The notes: generated by a model not told the origin, from the letters alone. DNA of 63,753 bases, filler included, from Rhabdomonas costata (GCA_019059605.1; 43 parts of 43 records of this genome joined end to end with filler, not necessarily neighbours in it), one strand, 5' to 3'; shown: positions 24,570 through 38,090, counted from the whole stretch's first letter. Translations and numbers: made by a program.

Positions 24570-27500
24570 CTAAAAAAGTGTGGGGAAGGACAATCTCCCA
24601 TATCCACCGATAAGACCGAAAGGGATTCAGTGAAGGGACTGGGTTGCAAAAGAGTAAAACAAACCAGAAACCAGAACCGGAACCGAAATTGCTCACCAAC
24701 TAAAGGCATCGGGCCCTCCTTCGCCGTCTCGAATACTGACCCACACTCCATGAACCACATTTGAAAAAATGGAAGAGCATCTGGGGATAAATACAAATGC
24801 ATTTACACTCCCACCCAACTGTTGCAGTGAGTTGCACAGGGCACTGTGCATCCCAGATCGGAAACGCGAAAAAACGTCTTCTTTTCAAAGATGGAGGAAA
24901 AAATTCGAGGGACAGGAAAAAACGAACAAAAAACGCGCAACCGTCACCCAAAAGGCACCAACGAGCAGCACACCTGGGCCAGTCCTGTGGCGGAAACCAC
25001 ACGGACGTTGAGCCGGGCTGGCATAATGCGGAGCCACAAAAAGCACGGTCAACCAAACGAGCGAAATCAAAAGAGAACAACACGGCCCAACCAGAAGAAG
25101 GCCTTTGGGAGTGAAAATTTGCCACTAGAAAAACGAGGGTATGCCCAACACANNNNNNNNNNNNNNNNNNNNNNNNNNNNNNNNNNNNNNNNNNNNTTAA
25201 TTAATTAANNNNNNNNNNNNNNNNNNNNNNNNNNNNNNNNNNNNNNNNNNNNTCCAAGATGATTTTGGTTGGGTGGGTAAGCTTTACCAGTGCTGACCTC
25301 ATTATTATTTAGTTTTGGCTCAAACACTTCGGAGATCACCCGGGGTGTATACTTGTGAGTTCAAAACGAAACCTGCGGTTCACTTCTGAGCTTCCTGAGC
25401 TTCACCACAATGTCCCCAATCTCATCAGCGAGGAAGGGCTGCGACCAAGCAGGCTCCGCGCCTTTGTCCGCCAGAAGCCTCAGACAGACTGCGTTGACGC
25501 CGACCTTTGGTGCAAGTCGAAACGGGTGTGCGCGAGAGTGGGTGGACCCATCCTAGGCCGCCCAATCTCTTATTCGCGACCCCGGACAATTCTTCTGTAC
25601 CCACGTGATGCCACAAACAACGATGGGAAGACGGCTACCGAAATCATGTCGAAGATGAGATGCTTCGCGTCAGCCAAAAGCTTCAGACGAAGCCCAAAAC
25701 TCGGTCCAGTGGTGGTTCCTTTGCCTTCTATGAATGTGAACTCTCTTCATCTATGCCCTGAGCGCGTGGGTATGCTTGGTTGTGTGGCAGGGGTGGCAGG
25801 GTTGTGTGAAGGGGCGTCTGCGTGCATCCATGGAAATGTGGTGACGCTATCCTTCTCTATTGGTTCTTGCTCCGCAGCGATTGGCAGAATCCCAAAGCTC
25901 ACGCAAGCGCTCGAGAGACTGCACATGCGAAACTTCCGTACGTCAAACGTAAACACGCAGGCACGCACCCGCGCGACCACGCAAGCACGCACCACGCGCC
26001 ACACACACATGTCGTGCAGAAGGCGTTCCTTTGGATGAGGTCTTCCTATCTCCGGCGGAATACTCTCCCGCTGCCGGGCCGCTTCTCGGGGTGCAGATCA
26101 CCTCCCCTCTGCTGCTGGCCGGTGGTTCTTGGGGATCTCAATGGCGCCCGCCCGTCTGCTTATATCACTTGGTGGCCTCCCGTCACCTCTTCTTCAGCAA
26201 TGGAATCCTCAGGTTATCTTCTTACCATAAAAAGCCCGAACCGTGGGCCATCATTGACGCTCTCCGCCAGGGCATGTGACTTGGGGACCTTTTGGATTCT
26301 AATCTGCTGCTCACTACGATCTTCGCACACATTCATACACACGCAAACACACTGAGATGGGTGTAAAGGGCAAATACTGGTACGGTTACTGTCAAGCACG
26401 GAAATCGGCTCTATTACGGTCCAACGCGGTGGACTCGATTTGGCGAAGGGCTGAAGGCGACTCTGGCACCAACCAGGTCTTACCCTGTGGAGCACAGGGG
26501 CAGGTGCCTGGTTGGGGACATAAGTTGCCTGAAGATAACTGGAGTCTCGAGCAGTCCCGAGACTTAAGATGATGACTGAGAAAGGTTTATCTCTCCCCCC
26601 CCCCACACACACAAACACACACACACACACCCAACAANNNNNNNNNNNNNNNNNNNNNNNNNNNNNNNNNNNNNNNNNNNNTTAATTAATTAANNNNNNN
26701 NNNNNNNNNNNNNNNNNNNNNNNNNNNNNNNNNNNNNGGGTTTTTTGTACTTGAGGGATCAAAAGCTTGATGCACGCCTCAGTATTATATACACTTCCTC
26801 CTGTTTCATCAGGCAGCCATGGAATTCTGGAATAAGAGGGCATTAAGCTTGTGTAAGCTGATATCCATGCGGGCGTGCCCTCCCTCGCACCTCCCCACCT
26901 CCCTTGCGCAGCAGGCATACTTCGCAATGCACCGGGGTGAGCGCGTCCGAGGCTTCACCCGAAGCGTGGGCATGGTAGCCGCGGCCACCGAGCAACCTGT
27001 CATGCCAACCTCCTTTACCTTGCCCACAGTCTCCCCACTAGGCCACGTCTCTGCCAGAGACACACCGCTTTCCGGCTGTGCCCTGACCTCGGAAAGGACC
27101 TTCCCCTCGGCACTGGCCGGCGTAGCAGCTGCGGCGGCGATTCTGCCGCGCACTGGCGATGCACTGGAAGCTGCAGAACACCGCATAATCCATACAGCAG
27201 ACAACGGCATACATTGAACGCAGTTAAATCAATACAACTCGCGCTGGCAGGGTGCTCGCAAGGAAGTTCCCGTTATCCTGTTGTGAGCCGCGGGGCACCG
27301 GGGCACCACACCACAGGACAGGAATTGCCTGCTCCCAGGTTCCAGGAACAAGCAACACACACAATCCAAAAGAAGAAGAAAGAAGAACAACCCCCATAAA
27401 AAAACGCTCCAGACACGGTCTGCCAAAAAAACGTACTCATGAAATTGACAAAAAAATGTGAAGAAATGTGAATAATGTGAAGAAAATTGGGGTGCGGTTG

Positions 27501-30158
27501 GAATTATCTCAGAAAAACAAGGGTCTCCTTTTGAACTTCGTGTGCATGCCTGTGCTGCGTATGGGAGGCATCGAATAACACGACAGCAACATGAATAACA
27601 CAAGTGCAGTGACCGTGAGGTGGAGAGCAGCCACCCGCTGTGGGAGCGAAGGAGGAGCGGTCGGCAAGGGTGGTGCCGTCGGGGAACTTCCCAGTGTCCG
27701 GGTCCAGCAGGAGCTCTGGAGCACGGCTGAAGACCCGGGTGGCGGTGGGCAAGCCCCGAGTCCGGGAGTACCACGACGGGAAGGACAGGCTGCGGTGCTG
27801 GTCCGTCGGGGCGTCAGCGTCGACCGGAGCGGGAGGGTCTGTGCGAGAGGAACGCCACAACCTCTGCAAGTGAGGCAATTGCGCCGGTAATGTTTGATAG
27901 CAGGGCATTTCTCACACGTCACACATCAAAGAGCAAATATGTGCGAGTGGTCGTGAGACCGCGAGGCAATGGAGCCTAAAAGCACCACACACACACACAC
28001 ACACACACAACTGTGACTGTGGCATAGAGAGCAGATCGAGTCGTGCGGTTTAGGATCCTTTTCTGGGCGCCCAATCCCAATCCAATTCCAATCCGAGTTC
28101 ATTCATCCTCCACACAACCCCCNNNNNNNNNNNNNNNNNNNNNNNNNNNNNNNNNNNNNNNNNNNNTTAATTAATTAANNNNNNNNNNNNNNNNNNNNNN
28201 NNNNNNNNNNNNNNNNNNNNNNGTGGTGTGGGTGTGGAATTGGTCAGCCTGCCTCTACTGGCTCTGAGGTGGCAGAAAAAGTGAGCCCATAAAAACTAAA
28301 TGCAGCTGAAGGACAGAAGCGATGTCTTCCTACCCGAAGTAAAGTAAAGGCGATAGAGTGGACCCGTGGAAAAGTTCTTTCCTGGTTCTTTCCTCCTCAG
28401 CCTTCACGCGACACTGCAAGCCACAGCCGCAGCAGGGGCCCCGCTCGTCCTCACGGGGTGAGCTGATTGGCTCGCACAGTGGATCCCTACGTCGTGCCGC
28501 TGGAACTGGGCCCTGCCCCCAAGCTCAAGGAAGCCATGCCTGAGGCAACCTCACGGCCTTCCAGCAAGTCCAGCACCTTGATGGAAGAAGAGCAGCCATG
28601 CGAGTCAGCGTTCTCCCGTTGAACACTAGTCCGACGCATTTCTAGGGGGGTGGGGTTAATAGGTTTACAGCGTTGGGTGTTAGATGGAGTACCGTTGTTA
28701 AACCATTCAAAGCAACAAAAATCAGGTACGAAACCAGGCTGGGGAGTGCGGGTGAGATTTGCACGGATGCGTCCTGATTGGGCTCTTTTCCGATTGTAGA
28801 GTCTGATACAAAAAGGGCTAAAGAGCTATCAGGCTTGCTGAGCTTTATAATGACCCCAGGCCTGCTTGGCTTCGCCCTCTTCAGTTTTTTGTTTCATAAT
28901 AACATAAAAAACTTCAAATAAACCTCTGCCAATAAAAAAGGTCGCATGTGCAGTGCTGCCGGCGTCCAAAAGAAAGAATTCTCCTTTTCCCACTTTACTA
29001 AACACAGCTAGCGTTCAGTTTACGAGCACATAGCAAAAGGGGGGAAATTACATCGCTTCCAGAAGAAACATCTGCAGAATTCGGTGTGCATATTCCCATT
29101 GATGAGGATGATTGCGCGGCATCGGGTCTGCGAGGGAGGGGGGAGTTATCGCACTATCCGTTCTGGGACAAACGGAAACCACGTGAGTTGCAGTGCTCAG
29201 GATATATATCATCCTCGGCAGGCAAAAGCAGCAACTATTGCTATCGCATTCTCTCCCTCTCTCTCTGTGTGATCGGGAGAGGGTACCGGAAAAATCTCAA
29301 TAACAGAATTACGAGCCCTAGCAGTATTTCCACCTCGGTTCGGTTAGGAGACGGGGAAGGGGAGGGGGAGTGCGCTTGAAACCGACGCAATGAAATTCGC
29401 ATGAATGAAACCCATGAGACACGGGCAGGGTAACATCCGCTTTGAGAGCGGTAGGCAACACTACTAATACCTGCCACGTCTAAACTCGGAGCGAGGTGTC
29501 TGCATAATCAAACACAGAAAGAACCACTCAAAAGGTTAACCTCGACGATCCGGCTTCCCCTTGTTTTCCCCATATTTCCTCCAGTAAGCGAGAAAGAACC
29601 CAACCCNNNNNNNNNNNNNNNNNNNNNNNNNNNNNNNNNNNNNNNNNNNNTTAATTAATTAANNNNNNNNNNNNNNNNNNNNNNNNNNNNNNNNNNNNNN
29701 NNNNNNTGTTTTGGGGATCAATTGCATTATGGAGAATCCCCACCCCCGTATACGGTGTATTTTACACCGCCACGCGAGGTCTCACCCGTGCGCAAATGCA
29801 CGCCTTCGTCTTTTGTCATGTTCTGACAGGTGGACGAGACGCTCACCCTGTGGGGTGTAAAATACACCGTATACGGGGGTGGGGATTCTCCATAATGCAA
29901 TTGATCCGCAAAATACACCATCGCCATTTCTTTTTAACGAGTCATCTTGTGACGCCGTCCTACACATTACGGGTGCTAGCAATGCACTGGGGACAAAAAC
30001 GATACTGAAAAGACAGCGTCTTGATAGATAACCCGGCGCAGAGGTGGACGGCCGGAATGAAGGAGAGGCGAACGTTCCGAAGACACAACCGCAACGCAGT
30101 CAAAGGGGCGCCACGTCCAGAATGGGGCTTGTTGAAGGAAAAAGCATGAGGGGTGGGC

Positions 30159-30602
30159 TCAATGACGTACACGCCTCCACACAGCCCACACGGAGCCCAG
30201 CACCACAACCCCGGAAAGGACCGTGCCAAGAACAAGCTTCCTTATCTGCAAGACCACCATCTCTTGGTATCTGTCGACAATATTGACTACCATGCCACTT
30301 TTCCCGCAGGGCTCGTCGTCGTCGTCCGGAACAAATGGCTGCTCAAAGCGGCACGGAATCGTGGCGGGCATCCCTCGCTGAAGATAGCTCTGTGCCAGGT
30401 GGGAGGTCCGCCCAGAGCATACCTTCTCTGGGAGTGCCCGAAGGTGGTTCAGACCGGTGTTGCACGAGAGCGCCCAGTTGAATTGCTTGGGATGGTTCGC
30501 CCAGTGGCGCTGGTTGAAGTGCTGTACTAGCTCCTGCACAAGGGTGGTGTTCTCCGTGGCGAGATTGTGCCGCTCCTCGGGATCTTCCCAGACATTGAAA
30601 AC
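30159..30602 (-). CDS. Arylsulfatase-family protein, C-terminal part with a terminal TM anchor
   Basis: VFNVWEDPEERHNLATENTTLVQEL fits the sulfatase C-terminal motif (LFNLxxDPxExxNLA); the frame ends in LVLGTVLSGVVVLGSVWAVWRRVRH-TGA. Confidence 0.7.
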   Translation of the reverse strand, partial: VFNVWEDPEERHNLATENTTLVQELVQHFNQRHWANHPKQFNWALSCNTGLNHLRALPEKVCSGRTSHLAQSYLQRGMPATIPCRFEQPFVPDDDDEPCGKSGMVVNIVDRYQEMVVLQIRKLVLGTVLSGVVVLGSVWAVWRRVRH

Positions 30603-32820
30603 CTGAGGGACCGAGAGGGCAGACCGTTGTTGGCCATTCACAAATTTGCAGTGAGCACACTGGGAGCGGTGCCCATCCGACCAACTTGCAGCAGCTGGAA
30701 ACGCAAACATAGCCGGAAATAATCCGTAGTCACTTACAAACCAAAGCAGTTCGGCGCCAGCATGAAGCAGGGGGACTGTGGCAGGAACAGTGTGCAAACA
30801 GAACGTTCCAGCCTGCTCGGGCAGCAGGATGAAGTGTTTCTGGGCTCTGCCCTTAGGCAAGCTAAGCAGCCACGACCGAGCGCATCCAGTTCAGTAAAAA
30901 AAAGAAAGGCACAAAAACCTCAATGCAATCACAGCTGGTGCCTCAAAAGTTGACACTGACTCAACTCGATTCACGAATACAACCTACGGGCCAGGGCTCC
31001 TGCTGTAGCATCCGGACCAGGTGCTGCGATCCGGTTTCGGCTGAGGTCTACGAGCCCCAAATGCGAAATCACCCAGAAAATACCAAAAACCNNNNNNNNN
31101 NNNNNNNNNNNNNNNNNNNNNNNNNNNNNNNNNNNTTAATTAATTAANNNNNNNNNNNNNNNNNNNNNNNNNNNNNNNNNNNNNNNNNNNNGTGGTGTTG
31201 GTTTTGTTCCGTTGTGGGTTGTCCAACTTAGGGCATAGAGGAGGAGCTGGAAACAATGAAAATTGATCATTGGAAGAGCAAAAGTTTGCTTGCGCGGTAT
31301 GTTCTGGGATAAGACTCCCAGTATCTGTCATCCGCTTTTCATCTTGTTGTGGTTTTACCAGCCCTCTTTTCCAGCCTTTCTAAGACGAAGAGCTCACAAT
31401 TGCTGCCCCCAGGCTTTTTGCATCCCACGGAAATTGCCAGGACTGATGAGGTGGGTTTGGGATCACTGCTATTGGGACTACGTTCAAAGCTTTCCCAGTC
31501 ACGTGTTGGTGCACTGAAGATGATGTGCTCTCCGGTCTTCGTGCATGACTTAACTGAACGCGATTACCGTTGTTGAAGCTGAGCTATCGGATGTTTGGCC
31601 GAAAGATTTTCTTCTTCGGAGTTGTTTGGGCTCTTGAAAGAAACTGCACTGGGCGTCTTTTCATCAATTTCGAGACTGCCCGCTCATTCTTTGGGAGAAA
31701 TTGAAGCTGCAGTTGTTTCATTGCCATTGATGTATCTGTGTAACTCTGGGTGTATTGATGTCTTTCTTGTGCGCTGACGGAATTTCAGCCCCTTCGCGGC
31801 TACCAGTCCCGGCGTGGGGTGGGCGGCCTCGAGGAGTCCGTCGGGGGTCTTGTGCAGGCCCTTGGCCCCTCTCAAGATCCCTCCGAAGTCTTGTCTACCT
31901 TTGGGCTGTCCTCCTCTGAGCCCTCCTCAGCGCGGTCCAGCAGTAGAGGGGGCAAGCGCCGCGGCATAGGGCCTGCATCCACATCCTTATGGAATTGAGC
32001 CAGTCAAAACGGAAGCAAAAAAGGTCTCACTCAATCGCACTCTGCTCAGCCGCTGATCCAATCAAACTTGCATGGAAGATTTCTCGTATGGGTGGGGAGG
32101 GCACTGGTGGTGAAGGACCAGGGTCGCAAATTGTTCTTTTTGTGTCAGTTTTGCCCTCCCTGGACTTTCAAATCGGTGCTGGTGTTCTGTGTGTTCGCCG
32201 TCCTGCGTGTATGTATGTTCAAATGATGCGGGGGCGCCATTGTGATCTGCTGGGTGAGTACGGCAGCGCGGAGTTCCTGCATTGTGCCGGGGGCTCCATA
32301 AATGCCGTTGCGCCTTGGTGACTGTACATAGTTTGTCAATTATCTGTCAGTTCCTGACTTCTGATGTTGCTGTCGTGTTTAAAAATGAATCTGTGAGTGG
32401 CTTTGGTTCTGGCATGAATCCTCCAACGATGCTGCGGTGCTGTAGGTTTGTTTTGCTGTTTTCTGTGTTGGCTTGGGTCGGTGGACTTCTGGACGCTTGT
32501 GTTGTCGCTCGGACATTAAAAAGGGCAGGGCGAACGTGCCCGCTTACGTCTTCTCCATGTCAAATATGCTGTACTANNNNNNNNNNNNNNNNNNNNNNNN
32601 NNNNNNNNNNNNNNNNNNNNTTAATTAATTAANNNNNNNNNNNNNNNNNNNNNNNNNNNNNNNNNNNNNNNNNNNNGGTGGTGTGGATACAGAGCCTGCA
32701 CTTCTTCAACGCATCTCCCGCTCACGGCGCCTTCGCCGGCCTGCAGGCTCTGTATCCACCCTTACCCTAGAACGACCTGGTATTCCTGGAGTAGTACTAC
32801 GTCTCTGAAGAGGCCTATAA

Positions 32821-33345
32821 TTTGCCCCCGGATCCTCTGCTGGAACTTCAGGGTTCCGCCCAACATACCTGCGCGAGATGCTGACTTGCGGTACCTCGCA
32901 AGTGTAGCAGTCCATCCTGAGCGTTCTTACACTGGTTGTCAACACCTTAGCTAATGGTGGGACTTTTGCATGCCTCGCCTTATTCACATGCGCGCGCCTG
33001 ATCGGGTTGTGGAAGGAAAATGGCAGGATCCGTCCCATTGCAGTTGGAGAGACCCTGCGGTGGCTGGTGGGAAAGGCTTTGCTGACAGACCAAACACCAT
33101 TTCTTACTTCCATGCTGGCTTTGAGGCAAGAGGGTGTGTGTATACCAATACGTGTGTGCTGATTGTGCCCGCAAGTGCGTGAAGGGAGTTCTAACAACTC
33201 TGGATGTCTGTGTTTGGTACTGGGATTCTCCAATGCTTTCAACTCCATCAGGCGCTACGTGTTTCCCCATGAGCGCCGCAAACGCGCACCTGCTTTGGCC
33301 CCTAAGGCCGATTGGTGTTACTGCTCCGACACACCTCTCTACACG
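32821..33345 (+). mobile_element. Decayed non-LTR retrotransposon reverse transcriptase, CRE/SLACS-like clade
   Basis: One frame reads SSAGTSGFRPTYLREML...ARLIGLWKENGRIRPIAVGETLRWLVGK...LGFSNAFNSIRR...PALAPKADWCY, with in-frame stops at 32905 and 33160. Confidence 0.85.
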
Positions 33346-36300
33346 TATTTCTACTTGTCAAAGTGTGTATCAATGGTACCCGCTGGTTCCCGCACTCTTT
33401 TCTGTGGGCACCCTCCCCGTGGTGGAAAATGCTCATTTTTTGCACGTTGCTTTGCGTTGTTCCTTGATAACGGCCACCTGATGGGCACACCAATTCCACC
33501 TTCAAAAGCTTCATGAACACCACGACATTTCGCTGAATTTCTCCATGTTCAGCGTTTTTGGTGATTGCTCTCTCACCTGCGCGGGGCTTGGGCCTACCGA
33601 GCAGAAAACCCGGCCAGCAAAAGAGGAGCCCAACACGGCAACGCAAGCGGAGAACAACACACAGAGAAGCACAAAAGGAAAGACGATGCCCAGAAAAAAG
33701 GCAAGCCAAGAGGGAGCACCTGCTTTTACAAGAGGGGCCCGCCCGAAAACAATGCGCAGATCGGCCGGAGGCTAAAACAGAAACAACGCAGATATGCCCC
33801 GGAGGTGGCGGGCGTGTGAGGGAAAAGCCTGCCGGCCGGCGGGGTGGAGTGTTCATGTTTAACGATGATGTAAAAGGCACTGTCGTCGGCTAATCTGAGA
33901 AAGGGCGCACGGAAAAAGCAATACGCGGGAGCACAAGCACAGAAGCACAAAACTCTCATTTTCATTGCCTTCCCGTTGCCACACTTTCCCCCGGTTTCCC
34001 TTCAGTTCTGAACGCCTCACACAACAAGCTCGGGGCCCCAGTGCTTTGCAAACACCACCCCNNNNNNNNNNNNNNNNNNNNNNNNNNNNNNNNNNNNNNN
34101 NNNNNTTAATTAATTAANNNNNNNNNNNNNNNNNNNNNNNNNNNNNNNNNNNNNNNNNNNNGTGTGGGTGTGTTTGGTTGTGGTGGTCGATATACGAGAT
34201 TTGAGAGGAATGATTGACCAGCTAAAGATTGCAAGTTCAGCGCTTAAGTTGAGAAGAGAGGAAAGCGTTGTTGCTGCAAGAGCAGAGATAAATTCTATTG
34301 GTGAGATGAGACTTCAGAAAAGCTCAAGAGTTGATGAAGTAGTGGTGCATTTGGATAAAACCATTGGAGGAAGTCACGGAAGATATGGGAGCAGCTGAAT
34401 GGATAGAAAGTTGAGGACGAAGGAAAATCAAGATCAAGAACATATGACCGAGGGGAGTCGGGAAAAAGCACTACCCGAGTATATGACACCCTGCCCGGCA
34501 GAAAAGCAAATCAAGAGAGGAAAAGGGGAGAGAAGGCCGAACCGGAGAGAGAGAGAAGGGCAAGACCCTCGAGCGAGATATTGAGATAAGGGATTGGGAA
34601 GGAAAGTGGAAAAGACGCAAAAAGCAGGAAGGCACGGCAAGCGAAAGGCACAGGAGAAAGGATAGCAGCCAGCGAGCAGAGAGGAGAAGAGATAAAGCGC
34701 ACCCGAGATATAAGAAGAGAGGCGCTTAGATAGACGGGAAAGGCTTGAGGCAAGACAATGGGTAAAAAGAAGGCCAAGCTAAAAGAGGATTATAGAAGAC
34801 GTGGAGATAAATGCTTACGATGATAAAGGAAATCCTTGATGCGCATGTGCAGTTGGGTATGTTGAGCTTTTGCCCAGAGAGGATCAACGAGGTCAAGATC
34901 CTGCAAATTGGAGGAATTTGACGACAAGTGGATGGAGGATTAAAAGAGGAACAAGTCGGTGTTCTTCAACGCCGATTTCAAGAGATTAAGAAAAGAGATC
35001 CCGATAAACGTCTGGAAACCGACGTCTGACGTTGGATGTTTTTGGTTGAGTTTGATTTGGGTATACTTTGGTTTTCGTGGTGTTTTTGGGTTGTGAATCG
35101 AAAGCTCTTTACCTATTTTACAGGTTGCAGCTAAAAGCTCAGCGGAGCGAGGCTAAAGCGAGGTAGAGGCGAGTCATGGCTAAAAGGTTGAGAGCTAAAC
35201 CTTCTCACTTTCCCCTGTGCTGTGCTTTGGTGCCGTTTTCTTCTTGCTTGCCTTGTTTCTTGGGTGGGAAAGGCGTAAGCGGACGGCTGGGTAGAGGCAA
35301 GACCTCCAGGACCCCACCTCCCAGCGGAACCCTCGAAATCAAAGGCCTCATAAACGAGCAGCCAGCAGAAGCCACAGCAAGAGAAGTCCAGCTAAACCAC
35401 CCGCTTTGCCCAAGACCCCGCCCCACCTCAGCTAAAGAGCCCCCACACCCAGCTAGAGCAAGCAAGCGCGGAGCCGAAGAGCCCGACGCCACACACACCC
35501 AAGCAAGAAGCCAAAGATATAGCCCACGCGGCGGCGACAGACCGCAGCNNNNNNNNNNNNNNNNNNNNNNNNNNNNNNNNNNNNNNNNNNNNTTAATTAA
35601 TTAANNNNNNNNNNNNNNNNNNNNNNNNNNNNNNNNNNNNNNNNNNNNTTTTTGTTTTCCGTAAAGTTGGGCTGGGGAACCAAAAACAACGAAAATGGGG
35701 CAACGAGCAAAAGACGACACACGGTGGCGGGCACATTGGAAAAGAAGATAATCACAGGGTCATTGGCCTCATCACCGGGGGCAACGTGCCGCCAACCAAG
35801 TTACCGGTTAAGTTCAGTTTCCCAGCCCAACTTTACGGAAAATAAAAAACACAACGGGCATTGGGTACGGTTCCGCTTTGCCCGTTCTTTTCTTTTCTTT
35901 GCTCCAAAGCGGCTTTCCAAGACCCATGCCCAACACCTTTCGGACTGGACGCCCCGGGAAGTTCTTCCGAGCGCTGTTTTGGTGGGCCTTTCCATAACAC
36001 ATCCCCAGGTCGACCCACGACGTCGTCAGCTAAAGGAGCTGGGACGCGGATGCTGCAGCCGTGAAAATTTTCCTTTTGGTCCATCCGCCTCACCAACAGA
36101 AAACCGCTGGAATATGACTCCAACAGAATGAGGGTGCAACCAAACCACAGAGCGGAGCCATAGACCATGTTCCCCTCGGAATTCTTCGCGTTTGTGAGAG
36201 CACAGAGGACCCACGGTGAGAATCCCAAAAGCAGAAATAGCAGATCTGAGCTTGCTGGGGAGTCTGTTACTCTATTTGCTTCAGAATTGTCAAACCAAGG

Positions 36301-36473
36301 CAGCACAGTACAGCACACGATGAGTTGAATGAGTTGAAAGTCTCCGCAAAAACTTACAAGGACAGAAGTGGCACCCATGGTGTTTTCGGGTTTCACCGTT
36401 GCATCGGCGGCAGTTGAGGGAGGCATGGTGCAAAGCACTTTGGGGCCGACCACCAAGCGCCGAGCGGCGCCAA

Positions 36474-36566
36474 TCAGTCCTTCTCCGCAATAGAGGTGAG
36501 GAACCGGTCAATCTCTGCCTCGGTCAGCATCCTGAACTGCCGGCTGTCGCCCGTGACAACGCCGAC
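36474..36566 (-). CDS. PSMA6: 20S proteasome subunit alpha type-6 (alpha1), last exon
   Basis: VGVVTGDSRQFRMLTEAEIDRFLTSIAEKD-TGA matches the alpha1 C-terminus; cag acceptor at 36567-36568. Confidence 0.9.
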   Translation of the reverse strand, partial: VGVVTGDSRQFRMLTEAEIDRFLTSIAEKD

Positions 36567-37256
36567 CTGGAATAAGACAGAACATAGTTCACCCCCACAC
36601 ACACACACCACCCGGCCCTGGCACACATGCTGTGGGCTGACGTGGTTATGCTGAATGACTATCATCATATCCACACCGGTGTTTTATACAGTGATTGGCA
36701 TTCGGTTGGATTACCCACAGGCTGCCTATGTTAGCATTATAACAGCAAGAACGTACCTAATCGTCAGTGAGTTCAATTCAAGTTTGCATCTTGAAGAAGA
36801 CCGGACAAATAACCACAGGTAATTACTCTCCACATACGCAGCGCAGGCCGCCCGCAACCCTGTATCCACACCGATCCTAATCGCCCAAACTTATCTTGCA
36901 GTTGTCCTATTTCCACCTATTTCCATCCACGTGCTGCTGCCCAAGCCACCTAAAAAGGTGAAAAAAGGTGAAAAAGAGAAACCAAAAAGCCTTCCTTTGG
37001 TCTTACAGGGTGTCAAGGGCCAACACAAACCCANNNNNNNNNNNNNNNNNNNNNNNNNNNNNNNNNNNNNNNNNNNNTTAATTAATTAANNNNNNNNNNN
37101 NNNNNNNNNNNNNNNNNNNNNNNNNNNNNNNNNGGTTGTTGGGTGTAGGTATAGGTATAGGTATAGGTATGGCGTAGTGTAGTAGGTGTAGCTGTAGGGT
37201 ATGGTGTAAGGGTTGGTGTAAGGGTTCCTGTTGGTGCGATGCGTTAGTGTTAGTCT

Positions 37257-38090
37257 CAACCATGCTCTCCGTCTTATGCGTTGTGTGTTGCTGCGACTCA
37301 GGGTGTGTTTGTGGTACGATGTGTGGATTTCAGGGCCTCATGGTGGTTGGATGTCAGGATGTTGCAAGGGCTGTATGGTGCTTGTTGTGTCAGAGGGTGT
37401 GGGCTGCGTGGTGTTGCGAGGTCTCAGGGTCTGTGGGTTGGAGGGGCTGTGCGTCGGAGTCTGAGGGTAGGGTGTTGTGCGATGTCAAGCTGAGTACTAC
37501 GGTGTCATGTTGTCAGTGTGTCAGGGTGTTGGTCTGTGCGTTTCGTGTTTTGGGGTTCGTGGGTTGGTCCGTGGGGTTCAGGTGTTGGGTTCTGTGGTGC
37601 ATGGCTGTACTCTGGTGTTGTGTGTTCTCGAGGCGTAGGGTTGTCAGGGGTTGGTGTGTCGGAGGGTTTCGTGTTGTCAGGAGTGTGGGGCTTTGTGTCG
37701 ATGTTGGTGTCAAGGGCTGTAGTGTGCTGTCATGTTGTGTGTTTCTTGCTGCGTGGGTTTCAGGGTCAGGGTGTGTCGTGTTTTAGTGACGTGAGGGTTG
37801 AAGTCTGAGGGTGTGCGAGTTCCTGATGCCAAGCTGAGACCATGCTGTCATGTTCTGTGGATGTTGAGGGTGTTGGCATTTCGAGGTGTGGGGATTTTGG
37901 GTCCCGGGGTTGAAGTGTCAGGTGTCACGTGTTTCTGTCTCAACGGCTGTGGTGTGGTCTCATGATGTCAGTGTGTCAGGTGGTGTAGGGTGTCAAGGTC
38001 TCACGTTTCGAGGGTCAAGGGTCGAAGGTTTCAGCGTAGGGGGTGTTTCGGGCAATGTCAAGCTGAGGTAAAGGGTGTATGTCATGACCT
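37257..38090 (+). repeat. Degenerate G/T-rich tandem repeat, ~115-bp unit, about 8 copies
   Basis: A CAA(G)GCTG...TGTCATG-like anchor recurs at 37257, 37365, 37486, 37600, 37711, 37830, 37941 and 38059. Confidence 0.65.

Noticed and set aside
37231-37808. Val/Cys/Gly-rich ORFs
   Set aside because: They are translations of the G/T-rich satellite.
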